A stretch of DNA of 64,000 nt from Candidatus Algichlamydia australiensis (GCA_033977065.1 JAXCHI010000002.1:224001-288000), one strand, 5' to 3'. Shown: positions 18,022 through 28,824, numbered from the stretch's first letter. The notes: generated by a model not told the origin, from the sequence alone. Made by a program: numbers and translations.

Positions 18022-18891
18022 ATGGCGAAAAGAAGTTGCGCCGTCCATGACGGCACCTTTCATGCGGACGAAGTAACAGCTTGTGCTTTGCTCGTTATTT
18101 TCGATCAAATCGATCGAAACTCTATCTATCGGACACGCGATCCAAAAATTTTAAGTAGCTGCGAATACGTTTGCGATGTAGGAGGAGTCTATGATTCTAC
18201 AAAGCGGCGCTTTGACCATCATCAGGTTGAGTATTCTGGCCCTTTGAGTAGCGCGGGAATGGTTTTACTCCATCTGCTCAATCAAAAAATCATCACGCAA
18301 AAGCTTTATGATTATCTCAATCGCTCCTTGATTATGGGAATTGATGCGCTTGATAACGGTCTTGTGACGCCTCAAGTAGGACACTGCTCTTTCTCAGCTG
18401 TCATTTCAAACTTTGTGCCTGTTCATCACGACGTCGATGTAAAAACAATGGAGAAGGCGTTTTTTCAAGCGATGGATTTTGTCCACAGTCACTTGCAGAG
18501 GTTGCTCGAGCGCTTCGAATATATTTTTTCTTGTAAAGGAGAAGTAGAAAAGGCGATGCAGGAGGGGAGAGACTGCCTCTTTTTTGAGAAATCGATTCCG
18601 TGGATGGACGCTTTTTTTGAGCTTGGTGGAGAGGATCATCCTGCTCTATTTGTTGTTATGCCAACAGGCGATCACTGGAAGCTGCGCGGCATTCCTCCCT
18701 CGATGCGAAAAAGGATGCAAGTGCGCCAACCTCTGCCAAAAAGATGGGCAGGACTATTAGAGAATGAATTAAAAAAAGTCTCTGGTATACCTGGGGCCAT
18801 CTTTTGTCATAAGGGCCGCTTTATCTCAGTGTGGGAGACAAAAGAAGATGTGATGAAAGCGTTGGAGTATGTATTAAAAAAAGGGAAATGA
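18022..18891 (+). CDS. MYG1-family (DHH) exonuclease/hydrolase, CT386-like
   Basis: HDGTFHADE, DVGG.YD, RFDHHQ, LSSAG, AIFCHKGRFI. Confidence 0.92.
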   Translation: MAKRSCAVHDGTFHADEVTACALLVIFDQIDRNSIYRTRDPKILSSCEYVCDVGGVYDSTKRRFDHHQVEYSGPLSSAGMVLLHLLNQKIITQKLYDYLNRSLIMGIDALDNGLVTPQVGHCSFSAVISNFVPVHHDVDVKTMEKAFFQAMDFVHSHLQRLLERFEYIFSCKGEVEKAMQEGRDCLFFEKSIPWMDAFFELGGEDHPALFVVMPTGDHWKLRGIPPSMRKRMQVRQPLPKRWAGLLENELKKVSGIPGAIFCHKGRFISVWETKEDVMKALEYVLKKGK

Positions 18892-19223
18892 GTACAATTT
18901 TTGGAAAAATTATTGCAGGAGAGTTGCCTGCAGAAAAAGTTTTTGAAAACGAGCGTTTCATCGCAATTAAAGATATTGCACCAAAGGCGCCTGTTCATCT
19001 CCTTATTATCCCGAAAAAAGAGGTAGCAAATTTTCAAGAGATTGAGAAAACAGATCTCCAATTTCTCTCTGAAGCGGCAGAGATTGCGCAGAAATTGGCG
19101 GAGGAATTTGGGGTAGAGAAGGGATACCGCTTTTTAACAAATATAGGCTCAGATGCAGGCCAGACAGTCTTTCATCTCCATTTTCACCTCATTGGAGGAA
19201 AGACTTTAGGAGATATCGCCTAA
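18888..19223 (+). CDS. HIT-family (HinT-like) hydrolase
   Basis: GQTVFHLHFHLIGG. True start is ATG 18888 (ATGA overlap with the MYG1 stop). Confidence 0.92.
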   Translation: MSTIFGKIIAGELPAEKVFENERFIAIKDIAPKAPVHLLIIPKKEVANFQEIEKTDLQFLSEAAEIAQKLAEEFGVEKGYRFLTNIGSDAGQTVFHLHFHLIGGKTLGDIA

Positions 19224-20963
19224 GTGATAAGGGTGCTTCTTTTTTTAGTACCCGCAATGCTCCTTGCTAAACACTCGATTCTTCTTCCTACTGAGGAGGA
19301 ACTTGCCCACAAAATAGAAGATCACTTTATTCTTGAAGATTATGCAAGAGCAGAAGAGTTACTCAAATGGGGGTATGCGCACTATTCTGATTCTCTTATT
19401 TTAAAAAAGTTAGAACTTAAGCAACTCTCTCGTACAGGAAGGCAGAGAGAGGCGTTAGAAATTTGGAAGAAGATGCCTCTTCTTCCCGATAAAGAGCGGC
19501 GTCATCTACTTGAAGAGCTTGCTTGGGGGACCCTTGTAAAGGGGGAGGATTCGCAACAGTTTCCCTCGCGCTACTTTGCGCTTTTGGGAGCCTTTTTTAC
19601 AAGAGATGCGCGCGCCACATTTTATCTGCAAAGAGCTCTACGCTCTTCAAACGCAGCCCTACGCTCAATTGCAGTTCAGATGGTAGCAGATTACCGCGAT
19701 CCAGTTCTCATTGATGAGATCATTGAGATGATCGAATCGGAGAGAAATCAAAATGTGCGTTATGCATTGATGCAGACGGTTGGTCGTTTAAAGATCTACT
19801 CGGTTTCTCAGAAGCTTGAGCAACTACTCGATGGAGCAAGAGAGGATCTGCGCATGCGTGGATTCATTACTGAAGCGCTTGTCCACCTCTATGAAGATTT
19901 ATCTCAAGAGAGACTTTACGCTCTTCTCAATTCCCCTCGAACTGCAATGCGCTATCTAGGAGCACGCCTTATTGCCTATCTTGATCGCAGTGAAGAGATA
20001 CCTAAGCTAATCGATCTTCTAGATGATCCTTCTATTGACATACGTGTTATCGCGCTCTGCTCTCTGGGCGAGTTTTCTAATAAAACCTTACAAGACCAAA
20101 AACAACTTCGCGATAAACTTCTTCTCTTTAGTGTCGATACAAACCCGCACCTTGCATTAACCGCATCTTGGTTACTTCTGCGTACGGATCCTGTTGCAGC
20201 GCAAGCTCCTTTACACAAACTCCTCTATGAGTCTCATCAAAAGATTCGCCTTCTTGCTACAAGCGCCATTACAATTGCAGGAGAAGCGGGCTTACCACTT
20301 CTTCGTGAAGCGCTCTATAATAGTCCCGATGAATATGTGCGACTTAACAGCGCAAACGGGCTTCTCTCGCTTCGTGAAGAGACAAAAACAGCAAAAGATG
20401 AAATTAGCCATTTTCTCCATAAACAGACCGATCAAATCATGATCGATCGCTACAGCCACCCGATCTTTTCGCCTATCGCCCCATCGCTTGTGCGCCACTC
20501 TGTACAAGTCGCACGGCGTCCAGAGATGGTCGATCATCAGACACGCCTCTCTCTTATCTCTCTCCTTGCTATCGTCAACGATCCTCGTGCCGAATCTCTC
20601 ATCAAAGAATTTCTTCTCTCGCAAAACCTCAATATTGGCATGACTGCAACTGTAACGCTGATGAAAGAGGGGAGCAACGAAGGGCTAGAGCTTATCCGTA
20701 ACTTTCTTCACGACTCCAACCCAAAGCTTCGGCTGCAAGCAGCTCTCGCTCTTGCCTTCCTCTGGCAAGATCCAGCAGCCCTTTCTGTACTCACCAGCCT
20801 TTATGAAAAAGTTCCTTACGAAACCAAACTTGTCATCCTCGAGGCAGTCGCCGGAATCGGCGGCATGGCCCAAATCCCTTTTCTCCTCGAGCGACTTGAA
20901 GAACCTTTCCTCGTTCTACGTATCGCAGCAAGTTCTGCTCTCATCCAAGCGCTCCACCATTAG
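19224..20963 (+). CDS. HEAT-repeat protein with signal peptide (CT384-like)
   Basis: Repeated L..LL.D....VR..A..AL units; synteny. Confidence 0.8.
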   Translation: MIRVLLFLVPAMLLAKHSILLPTEEELAHKIEDHFILEDYARAEELLKWGYAHYSDSLILKKLELKQLSRTGRQREALEIWKKMPLLPDKERRHLLEELAWGTLVKGEDSQQFPSRYFALLGAFFTRDARATFYLQRALRSSNAALRSIAVQMVADYRDPVLIDEIIEMIESERNQNVRYALMQTVGRLKIYSVSQKLEQLLDGAREDLRMRGFITEALVHLYEDLSQERLYALLNSPRTAMRYLGARLIAYLDRSEEIPKLIDLLDDPSIDIRVIALCSLGEFSNKTLQDQKQLRDKLLLFSVDTNPHLALTASWLLLRTDPVAAQAPLHKLLYESHQKIRLLATSAITIAGEAGLPLLREALYNSPDEYVRLNSANGLLSLREETKTAKDEISHFLHKQTDQIMIDRYSHPIFSPIAPSLVRHSVQVARRPEMVDHQTRLSLISLLAIVNDPRAESLIKEFLLSQNLNIGMTATVTLMKEGSNEGLELIRNFLHDSNPKLRLQAALALAFLWQDPAALSVLTSLYEKVPYETKLVILEAVAGIGGMAQIPFLLERLEEPFLVLRIAASSALIQALHH

Positions 20964-21122
20964 ATAGCGTCGTCAAAAGCATACAACCATCTTATTTTTC
21001 ATGTTTGGGCTCCATTTTTGTGCTCAAATGAAGCGGAATTTACAAATTCAGCTTCAATTTCCGCACAAAAATAAGCTGCAAACATGAAAAATAATCTGAT
21101 TATAGCCTTTTGACGACACTAT
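20964..21122. mobile_element. 159-bp palindromic MITE-like element, family A, copy 2 (inverted)
   Basis: TTAG|ATAGCGTCGTCAAAAG...CTTTTGACGACACTAT|CTAA. The left TAG is the HEAT gene stop codon. Confidence 0.88.
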
Positions 21123-21203
21123 CTAAAATAAAGGTTGTAATTTTATCAAATCTTAATATTTGCTATGCTGAAGCAATCTTTAAAATAGTATTGGTGAATT
21201 TCA

Positions 21204-24173
21204 ATGAAAGCTGCAAAAGTAACGCAAGAAATCCAAAAGGCATCGTGGCCCCTACCTAAAAATTTAACTGCTGTACAGAAATTTTTTAACACATCGATTG
21301 CCTATAGCAAGGAAAATCCTTATCTAGCTTTGGGTCTACTTGCAGGGGGTGTAACCGTTATTGGTGGAGCCTATTTTGCTAATAAACGCTGGGGAGCTCT
21401 CTCTTGCGTAAAACATTTATTGGGTTATGGCAATGCGGTCGCAAAAACCCCAGAAAAACCAGAAAGCAAGCTCCTTACCAAAGCCGAGTCGGACCGAGTT
21501 TACAATAAAATAAAAACAGATTTTGAAGCTTTTGAGAAAGCTCTTGAAAAGTGGGTCGAAGAACCAAACAAACTCGTTCCCGAAAAGAGCAAGAGGGAAA
21601 AAATAGCAAAAGATTTAATAAAAGAGCCTTTTTCCTTTCATGCAGAGGTTTATGTTGAATTAGGGAAATATGACGGACCAATGCCAACTTTGGGTGCTGG
21701 ACTTTATGTTTGGGTATCTGAAGCAAATAGTCAAAAAGAAAAGAGTGAAAGACTTACAGCTGCAGATAAGATTTTGAAGTGGAGAAGCGGTGAATTAGAC
21801 TTGTCTAATTTGAATTTAACGGAATTCCCAATTGCAATATTAGATCTTAAAAATGTCACTAGCTTGAATTGTTCAGGAAATAAGTTAAGTCAGGATAGCG
21901 CTTTCATAAATAGTTTTTTTAAAGCTGTAGATATTGAAAGTAAGGAAGAAGAATCTCAGAAGCTTAACAAAAAGTTTCGAGCTAAAGTTGCGTTAATTAA
22001 ACAATTAGATCTATCAGATAATCGAATTTCTGATCTAAATGATAATCCAATAATTAAAAATATTACTCACCTTAACCTTTCTAATAATACAATTGAAGAT
22101 CTTGATTTTTTTCAAAACTTAGAAAAGTTAGAAGAGTTGAACTTAAGCGGGAATCAGGAACTGAAAGAAAATGAGATCCCTAATCTTAAAAGGCTGCCAA
22201 AAGGGTGTAAAATAGACTTGTCCAATACTCCATATGAAGGGTGGAGTGAGCTACAAGAATACAAAGAAAAAAAATTAAAAGCACAATCAGATACTTTTAC
22301 TAAAGATTTTCCTAAATGGATAGATGGCAAGGAAGGAGTCCGGCTCCTAAAAGATATTTCGTCCGATGGAGGGAACTTTAAAGAGTGGATGGAAGATTTA
22401 GAAAAGGGAAGGTTGCCTAGTTTCTTTTTCAAAAATTTAGACAAATGCCCTTTGCCGCCTTTTACCCTTGAGCACTGTTTATACAAGTGGGTAGAACAAA
22501 ACAATGGCTCTTTAGACGAATTGCACAGAGTAGCAGCTGTAAAAAGAATCTTAGAAAGAAAAGGGGAAGAAGTAGATCTATCAGGATTGAGTTTAGATGA
22601 ACTACCGTACGCATTGCTAATTGTAAAAGGTGTTTCAAAGCTCAATTTATCAGACAATGCATTTGGCTCTGAAGGGGGGAAAGTAGTTAAAGGTCTGCGT
22701 GGATACAACTCTTCCAGCGAAATAAGCCCACTCTTAAAACAGTTTATGGAACCAGTAGAAGAAGTGGATTTCTCAAACTGTGGAATTAAGGCTTTTAAGC
22801 TTTCAGATGAATATCAAAGATTAAAAGCTCTTGACCTTTCCCAAAACGAATTAGAGCACTTTCAGTGTGAAGCTTCTGAAAATGCACTAACAGCGTTAAA
22901 TTTAGAGGGGAATACAAAAATTTCTTCATCAGAAACCTCTTTTTTGCTTTCAGGTCCAGAGTTCGCATCATGTAGCTTGAACGTGAAAGGTACAAGCTTT
23001 GATACCGAAATTGAGATTGCTCGTGGGAGCAAGTTTTCTCTTGGTTGGAAAGATGTTTCTCTTCATCCAAATTTTTATCGCTTAAATACCTCTAAATTGA
23101 TTATTGATGGAGCTTCTACCCTTGAGAAACTAGAGCAAGTAAATCAATTCTCAAATCTAGAAACAATAGTTTTCAAGAATATCACGATTCAAAAAAAAGA
23201 CTGGGAAAGAATTAACTCTTTAAAAGGGTTAAAGAAGATAGAATTTGAGGATTGCACTCTTTCTGACATGACGGCCCTAGAACTTCCAAAAGTTGAAGAA
23301 CTCACTTTTGCAGGAGAAAGTTTCGCAGACTTTCCATCTGGATTTTTTCGAAAGCTTCCTGCTTTAGAGATGTTGAAGCTAGAAGATAACTATAAACTTG
23401 AGAGTTTTCCACTCTCAGTGATAGAACTTCCAAAGACAGCGTTAGTAAAATTAAAAAATACAGCTTTTTCAAAAGAAAAAGTCATCAGAGATATCGACGC
23501 TAGAATTGTCCAAGGACCTAAAAGAGCACCAACAATTGAAGTTTTGGATCCAATTTCTGAAGTTCGTTGTAGAACTTTGAAAGCATTTGACGAGGGGACG
23601 TTTAGGCAGAGTCGAGGATATGCTACTCAAAAAGCAACAATCAAGAAGTTTGAAAGAAAAAGGTGTGGCAATGATTCTTTTAGAAAAGAATATCAGAAAT
23701 ACGAGGAAAAACTATCTCTTCTAGAGATAGAAAAAGATGATGCACTTTATTTGGATACAGGAAGTTATCCTAATCTTAAGCGTATCACTCTTACAGGGCC
23801 CGACGCTAAATGCAGTGATTTTGGCACGCTAAGCATGTTTCCAAAATTAGAAGAGCTCAATCTAATGAATTCTGGTCTTGGTTATATTGGATACTCAGTA
23901 TTTTCTACTTTAAAAAAACTGTCTTTAAATGGGGGAAAGCTTATAGAAGCACCAAACAATATGTCTAAGAACTTTAAAAGACTAGAAGTTGTAGAAATTT
24001 TTGGTAATTGTACTAAAGACGACTTAATGGAATTTGTTAAAAAATTGCCAGAAGGTGTTGAAATTCACTTGATTAATGCAAATCTTAAAAAAGAAGATCT
24101 CAGAGACAAGTTTAATCTTGGCGGTGACCAAAAAGAGGGACATAAGATCATATTTGTTAAAAAGATGCTATAA
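21204..24173 (+). CDS. Large leucine-rich-repeat protein, candidate secreted effector
   Basis: Many LxxLxLSxN repeats, N-terminal hydrophobic segment, AT-rich gene at a synteny break. Confidence 0.85.
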   Translation: MKAAKVTQEIQKASWPLPKNLTAVQKFFNTSIAYSKENPYLALGLLAGGVTVIGGAYFANKRWGALSCVKHLLGYGNAVAKTPEKPESKLLTKAESDRVYNKIKTDFEAFEKALEKWVEEPNKLVPEKSKREKIAKDLIKEPFSFHAEVYVELGKYDGPMPTLGAGLYVWVSEANSQKEKSERLTAADKILKWRSGELDLSNLNLTEFPIAILDLKNVTSLNCSGNKLSQDSAFINSFFKAVDIESKEEESQKLNKKFRAKVALIKQLDLSDNRISDLNDNPIIKNITHLNLSNNTIEDLDFFQNLEKLEELNLSGNQELKENEIPNLKRLPKGCKIDLSNTPYEGWSELQEYKEKKLKAQSDTFTKDFPKWIDGKEGVRLLKDISSDGGNFKEWMEDLEKGRLPSFFFKNLDKCPLPPFTLEHCLYKWVEQNNGSLDELHRVAAVKRILERKGEEVDLSGLSLDELPYALLIVKGVSKLNLSDNAFGSEGGKVVKGLRGYNSSSEISPLLKQFMEPVEEVDFSNCGIKAFKLSDEYQRLKALDLSQNELEHFQCEASENALTALNLEGNTKISSSETSFLLSGPEFASCSLNVKGTSFDTEIEIARGSKFSLGWKDVSLHPNFYRLNTSKLIIDGASTLEKLEQVNQFSNLETIVFKNITIQKKDWERINSLKGLKKIEFEDCTLSDMTALELPKVEELTFAGESFADFPSGFFRKLPALEMLKLEDNYKLESFPLSVIELPKTALVKLKNTAFSKEKVIRDIDARIVQGPKRAPTIEVLDPISEVRCRTLKAFDEGTFRQSRGYATQKATIKKFERKRCGNDSFRKEYQKYEEKLSLLEIEKDDALYLDTGSYPNLKRITLTGPDAKCSDFGTLSMFPKLEELNLMNSGLGYIGYSVFSTLKKLSLNGGKLIEAPNNMSKNFKRLEVVEIFGNCTKDDLMEFVKKLPEGVEIHLINANLKKEDLRDKFNLGGDQKEGHKIIFVKKML

Positions 24174-24174
24174 A

Positions 24175-24576
24175 TTAAGTTGTAAGTAAACGAAGAGCCT
24201 CTTGCTGCATTTTTAAATAGAGGCTCTTTAATCCGTTTGAACGGGTGGGGCTTAAGAGAGAAAGCAAGCCTAATTCTTCCAAAAACTTTGGCTGTTCCTT
24301 AATGACTATCTCGGGCTCTAGGCCGCTGTAAGCACTTTTTAATAGGGAGCCAAGGCCGGCGGAGATCAGAGCATCTGACCAGACTTCAAAAAATACCTTT
24401 CCGTCTCGAAATTTGGTTGTAAGAAACATTTGGCTCTGGCATCCATGTACAAGATTTTCTTTACACATCAATTTCTCATCCAATTTCGGCAGATTTCTCC
24501 CTAGTGCAATGATTTTTTCATACTTCTCTTGCGGGCTCTTACAGCTAGCAAAAGTTTTTTTAATTTCTTCAAACAT
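24175..24576 (-). CDS. sufE: SufE-family Fe-S sulfur acceptor
   Basis: KYEKIIALG, VHGCQSQ, SDALISAGL, LSPTRSNGL. Confidence 0.9.
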   Translation of the reverse strand: MFEEIKKTFASCKSPQEKYEKIIALGRNLPKLDEKLMCKENLVHGCQSQMFLTTKFRDGKVFFEVWSDALISAGLGSLLKSAYSGLEPEIVIKEQPKFLEELGLLSLLSPTRSNGLKSLYLKMQQEALRLLTT

Positions 24577-24612
24577 GACAATATGTTACCAAAAACAAAT
24601 CAAATATTCTAG

Positions 24613-24776
24613 CCGTGCTCGCTTGCGAGCACTCGATGGACTTCGCTTGGCAACGAAAAATCGTGGTGCAAGAGGAAGGAGCAGTGCTCCGCACGGCCTT
24701 CCGATGAAACGCGATTTGGCGTGGCAATGGAAGTCTCAAGGGGGCCAGCAGGGGGTGTGCCTGCGGTCACACTCCC
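24613..24776. repeat. Free-standing three-hairpin module homologous to the interior of the long family C MITE
   Basis: Follows CTAG 24609-24612. Stems at 24615-24632, 24639-24735 and 24751-24776. Similar to the reverse complement of ~38055-38186. Confidence 0.75.
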
Positions 24777-24922
24777 GACATGAAGTAAAGTGGCAGAAAA
24801 CTAAATTTATTATTTTATGTTTTCAAACCTGTATAGCAAAAAGAAATTTTTTTTCAAGAAGTTCTTGGAGGAAAATACAGGGTCGGATATGATAGATTAA
24901 GTTCCCTGAGTGGTTTACACCT

Positions 24923-25144
24923 ATGTCAAAAAAAGAAGATGTGATCAAATTAGATGGAAAAGTTGAAGAACTTCTCCCCAACATGACTTTTCGAGTTGCC
25001 CTCGAAAATGGAATGAAAGTTTTGGCCCATCTCTGTGGCAAAATGCGCATGAGAAATATCCGAGTCCTAGTAGGCGATACCGTTACGGTTGAAATATCTC
25101 CTTACGACTTGAGCAAAGCGCGTATTGTCTACAGAAAAAGATAG
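24923..25144 (+). CDS. infA: Translation initiation factor IF-1
   Basis: [22 protein letters not shown]...[13 protein letters not shown]. Confidence 0.97.
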   Translation: MSKKEDVIKLDGKVEELLPNMTFRVALENGMKVLAHLCGKMRMRNIRVLVGDTVTVEISPYDLSKARIVYRKR

Positions 25145-25151
25145 GATATAC

Positions 25152-25180
25152 TTGCGAATTTTCGCATGCTCAGCTACAAT
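25152..25180 (+). promoter_or_regulatory. Sigma66-type promoter of trnT-tuf
   Basis: TTGCGA-17 nt-TACAAT. Confidence 0.6.
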
Positions 25181-25220
25181 TTGAGGCGTTTAGTGCCCAG
25201 GTAGGAACAAAGTTTAAGGC

Positions 25221-25292
<72 letters not shown>

Positions 25293-25359
25293 GAGATTGA
25301 AATAATGACAGAAATGTCAGCTAAAGATTTAAATATCGTTATTCGGAGGAATAGATCAA

Positions 25360-26544
25360 ATGGCAAAAGAAGCCTTTCAACGAAATAAGCCCCACGTCAA
25401 CATTGGGACAATTGGCCACGTCGACCACGGAAAAACTACTCTAACTGCTGCTATCACTCAGTGTTTGGCAAAAAAAGGCGGCGCAAAGATGCGTGACTAC
25501 GCTTCTATCGATAATGCTCCTGAAGAGAAAGAGCGTGGAATCACCATTAACTCAAGTCACGTTGAGTACGAAACAGATGCACGTCACTACGCTCACGTAG
25601 ACTGCCCCGGACACGCCGACTATGTGAAAAACATGGTAACAGGTGCTGCGCAAATGGATGGCGGTATTCTTGTTGTAGCTGCTACTGACGGTCCCATGCC
25701 ACAAACAAAAGAACACATTCTTCTTGCTCGTCAGGTTGGAGTGCCTTCTATTGTTGTCTTCATCAACAAAATGGACCAAATCGGTGCAGGTGATGAAGAA
25801 CTCGTTGACCTTGTTGAGATGGAAGTTTCTGAACTTCTCGAAGCAAACGGTTTCAAAGATTGCGCAATCGTTCGTGGTTCAGCTCTAAAAGCCCTAGAGG
25901 GTGATGCAGAGTATGAAGCTAAGATTGAAGAGCTGATGAAAACTGTCGATGAAAAAATCCCAACGCCTAAGCGTGAAGTTGAGAAGCCTTTCTTGATGCC
26001 AATCGAGGACGTGTTCTCTATCTCCGGTCGCGGAACTGTTGTAACAGGTCGCGTTGAGAAGGGAATCATCAAGGTTAACGATAAGATCGAAATTGTTGGG
26101 ATTAGAGAGACTCGTGAGTCTGTAGCAACTGGTCTTGAAATGTTTAACAAACTTCTTGATGAAGCGCGTGCTGGTGAGAACGTTGGTGTTCTTCTACGCG
26201 GTATCGATAAGAAAGATGTAGAGCGCGGAATGGTATTGGCTGCTCCAGGTTCTATCACTCCTCACACAAAATTCAAAGGAAGTGTTTACGTTCTAAAGAA
26301 AGACGAAGGTGGTCGTCACAAGCCTTTCTTCACAGGCTATCGCCCGCAGTTCTTCTTCGGTACTACCGACGTAACTGGAACAGTAAAACTCCCAGAAGGA
26401 ACTGAGATGGTCATGCCTGGTGACAACGTTGAGCTTGAAGGAGAACTTCTTGCACCTGTCGCTATGGAAGATGGTCAGCGTTTTGCGATCCGTGAAGGTG
26501 GCAGAACAATTGGTGCAGGAACTGTATCGAAAATCATCGAGTAA
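25360..26544 (+). CDS. tuf: Elongation factor Tu
   Basis: [26 protein letters not shown]. Confidence 0.99.
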   Translation: MAKEAFQRNKPHVNIGTIGHVDHGKTTLTAAITQCLAKKGGAKMRDYASIDNAPEEKERGITINSSHVEYETDARHYAHVDCPGHADYVKNMVTGAAQMDGGILVVAATDGPMPQTKEHILLARQVGVPSIVVFINKMDQIGAGDEELVDLVEMEVSELLEANGFKDCAIVRGSALKALEGDAEYEAKIEELMKTVDEKIPTPKREVEKPFLMPIEDVFSISGRGTVVTGRVEKGIIKVNDKIEIVGIRETRESVATGLEMFNKLLDEARAGENVGVLLRGIDKKDVERGMVLAAPGSITPHTKFKGSVYVLKKDEGGRHKPFFTGYRPQFFFGTTDVTGTVKLPEGTEMVMPGDNVELEGELLAPVAMEDGQRFAIREGGRTIGAGTVSKIIE

Positions 26545-26561
26545 AACGGGTAGTGCATAGT

Positions 26562-26599
26562 GCTAAAGACACCCTCTAAAAATAGAGGGTGTCTTTGGC
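26562..26599 (+). terminator. Strong hairpin after tuf (terminator or processing/stability stem)
   Basis: GCTAAAGACACCCTCTA-AAAA-TAGAGGGTGTCTTTGGC. Confidence 0.6.
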
Positions 26600-26612
26600 T
26601 TATAAAAATTAT

Positions 26613-26685
26613 GGGTGTGTAGCTCAGCTGGTAGAGCAGCGGTCTCCAAAGCCGCAGGTCGGGGGTTCGATCCCCTCCGCACTCG
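26613..26685 (+). tRNA. trnW: tRNA-Trp(CCA)
   Basis: Anticodon arm GCGGT-CT-CCA-AA-GCCGC; precedes secE. Confidence 0.95.
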
Positions 26686-26845
26686 CAATAGGAAGGGCTG
26701 ACCAATTGCTCTTTTCAAGAAGGTTTTGAAAAACAAAGTTAACTCCAAAAGTTAGCGAGTTTAAAAAAACAATTTGGGCCGATTTTTGGGTCCATATTGA
26801 AAAGTCTGAATTGTTCAGAGGTTCCGCAATAGAGGTTAAGAGGAT

Positions 26846-27094
26846 ATGAGCGTGGCGCTAAAAAGTAAACGTCTTGCTGAAGCAAAGAAAAGAGCTGCCA
26901 AAGGGGGCTTTTTAGCTGGTATTAAGGAAGAGCTAAAAAAGGTAAGCTGGACGACCAAAGAGGAGCTGCGCGCCTCAAGTAAAATTGTAATTAGTGCAAC
27001 TTTTATTTTCGGAATTGGCATCTATGTTGCCGATCTAGCTATGAAAGGCACTCTTGATGGGATCGCCCATCTTGTACGGATCATAACAGGATAG
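26846..27094 (+). CDS. secE: Preprotein translocase SecE
   Basis: ELKKVSWTTKEEL plus one TM segment; position. Confidence 0.95.
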   Translation: MSVALKSKRLAEAKKRAAKGGFLAGIKEELKKVSWTTKEELRASSKIVISATFIFGIGIYVADLAMKGTLDGIAHLVRIITG

Positions 27095-27104
27095 GCGAAA
27101 ACTC

Positions 27105-27644
27105 ATGAATCAGTGGTACGTCGTCCAGGTAATGTCTGGACATGAAAAAAAAGTAAAACGCGCTCTCGAAGAAAATCGAGAGCAGTCTGGTATGCTCGAT
27201 CTCATTGAAGAGGTCTTGTTGCCAATAGAAAATGTTGCAGAGGTAAAAGGTGGGCAGCAGACGGTTGTGGAAAAGCGTCTTTGGCCTGGCTACTTGCTGT
27301 TAAGAATGAATCTTACTGACGATGTCTGGCTCTACATCAAAAACACGAATGGAGTCATTGGCTTTTTAGGGGGAGGGAAACCCACTCCTCTTTCTCAAGT
27401 TGAGGTGGATAACATCTTAGAAGAGCTGAAGAGCAGAAAAGACGAAGTCGTACAGAAACATAAATTAGAAGTAGGTGATGTTGTCAAGATTACAGATGGA
27501 GTCTTTGTCAACTTTACTGGTGAGGTACTAGAAGTTCATCCCGATAAGGGCCGTGTGAGTGTTCTCGTTTCAATTTTCGGTAGAGAGACTCGTGTGGATG
27601 ACTTGGAATTTTGGCAAGTCGAACTGAATACTGAAAATAAATAG
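27105..27644 (+). CDS. nusG: Transcription factor NusG
   Basis: WYVVQVMSGHE, PGYLL, KOW domain, IFGRET. Confidence 0.97.
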   Translation: MNQWYVVQVMSGHEKKVKRALEENREQSGMLDLIEEVLLPIENVAEVKGGQQTVVEKRLWPGYLLLRMNLTDDVWLYIKNTNGVIGFLGGGKPTPLSQVEVDNILEELKSRKDEVVQKHKLEVGDVVKITDGVFVNFTGEVLEVHPDKGRVSVLVSIFGRETRVDDLEFWQVELNTENK

Positions 27645-27692
27645 ATGTAAGAATTATTGCTACGCAATTACCGAATATAAGGATAGCAAAAA

Positions 27693-28124
27693 ATGGCTAA
27701 GAAAAAGCTCGTAAAACAAATCAAGTTGCAGATCCCTGCGGGGAAAGCAAATCCAGCCCCGCCGATCGGTCCAGCCCTCGGTGCAGCTGGTGTCAATATT
27801 ATGGGATTCTGCAAGGAATTCAATGCCAAAACACAAAAGCAGGCAGGCGATGTCCTCCCTGTTGTGATCAGTGTCTATGCAGACCGCTCTTTTGATTTTA
27901 TCACAAAGCAGCCTCCGATAGCAAAAATGATTTTGAAAAAGCTCGGAATTGAAAAAGGTTCCGGTGTACCTAACCGCGACAAAGTTGGAAAACTTACTCT
28001 ATCTCAGGTTAAGGAAATTGCTGAAAAGAAGATGGAAGACTTGCGTGTATTTAGCATTGAAGCTGCCATGCTCGTTGTTGCTGGAACTGCCCGTTCTATG
28101 GGTGTAGATGTGGTGGAGGGTTAA
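27693..28124 (+). CDS. rplK: 50S ribosomal protein L11
   Basis: [22 protein letters not shown]. Confidence 0.98.
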   Translation: MAKKKLVKQIKLQIPAGKANPAPPIGPALGAAGVNIMGFCKEFNAKTQKQAGDVLPVVISVYADRSFDFITKQPPIAKMILKKLGIEKGSGVPNRDKVGKLTLSQVKEIAEKKMEDLRVFSIEAAMLVVAGTARSMGVDVVEG

Positions 28125-28128
28125 GATC

Positions 28129-28824
28129 ATGGCTAAATTAAGTAAGAGATTTAAAGAGATTGTGAAGTCCTTTGAAGAGGACAAAGAGTACACAGTCGAT
28201 GAAGCTATTGCGATTTTGCAGAAGACTAAAGCTCCCAAATTTGACGAGTCTGTTGAAGTCGCTCTGCGAATGGGTGCTGATCCCAAAAAAGCTGATCAGC
28301 AAGTACGTGGTACAGTCTCCCTTCCGCACGGTACAGGAAAGTCTGTAAAGCTTGTTGTCTTTGCTAAAGGTGATAAGTTAAAAGAGGCGATGGACGCTGG
28401 AGCTGATTTAGCGGGTGACGCTGAGCTCATGGAGAAGATCCAGGGCGGTTGGCTTGATTTCAATGCTGTTATCGCAACACCCGATATGATGCGAGAAATT
28501 GGAAGATTGGCAAAGGTATTAGGTCCAAGAGGCATGATGCCAACTCCTAAAGCAGGAACTGTCACTACAGATGTTGCAAAAGCTGTTAAAGAGATCAAGG
28601 CTGGTAAGATTGAATATCGCTTAGATAAGAATGGCTGTATCAACAATTCAGTTGGTAAGCGCTCCTTTTCTAAAGAGCAGCTTGTTGCCAACATCCTTTC
28701 GTACATTGATGCGATCCAAAAAGCAAAGCCAGTAAGTACAAAGGGCACTTACATGATGAAGTGTGTTCTTTCTACAACTATGGGTCCTGGTCTAAAAATC
28801 AAACTGAGTTCATTGGGAGGCTAA
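28129..28824 (+). CDS. rplA: 50S ribosomal protein L1
   Basis: KFDESVE, LPHGTGK, LGPRGMMPTPK; ATG at 28129. Confidence 0.98.
   Translation: MAKLSKRFKEIVKSFEEDKEYTVDEAIAILQKTKAPKFDESVEVALRMGADPKKADQQVRGTVSLPHGTGKSVKLVVFAKGDKLKEAMDAGADLAGDAELMEKIQGGWLDFNAVIATPDMMREIGRLAKVLGPRGMMPTPKAGTVTTDVAKAVKEIKAGKIEYRLDKNGCINNSVGKRSFSKEQLVANILSYIDAIQKAKPVSTKGTYMMKCVLSTTMGPGLKIKLSSLGG

Noticed and set aside
25194..25208. Leader sequence complementary to the tRNA-Thr 3' end
   Set aside because: Short and imperfect; explainable as chance or a partial duplication of the tRNA 5' end.
26690..26820. Several short hairpins between trnW and secE
   Set aside because: Stems of 6-10 bp in AT-rich DNA; too weak to call without comparative data.
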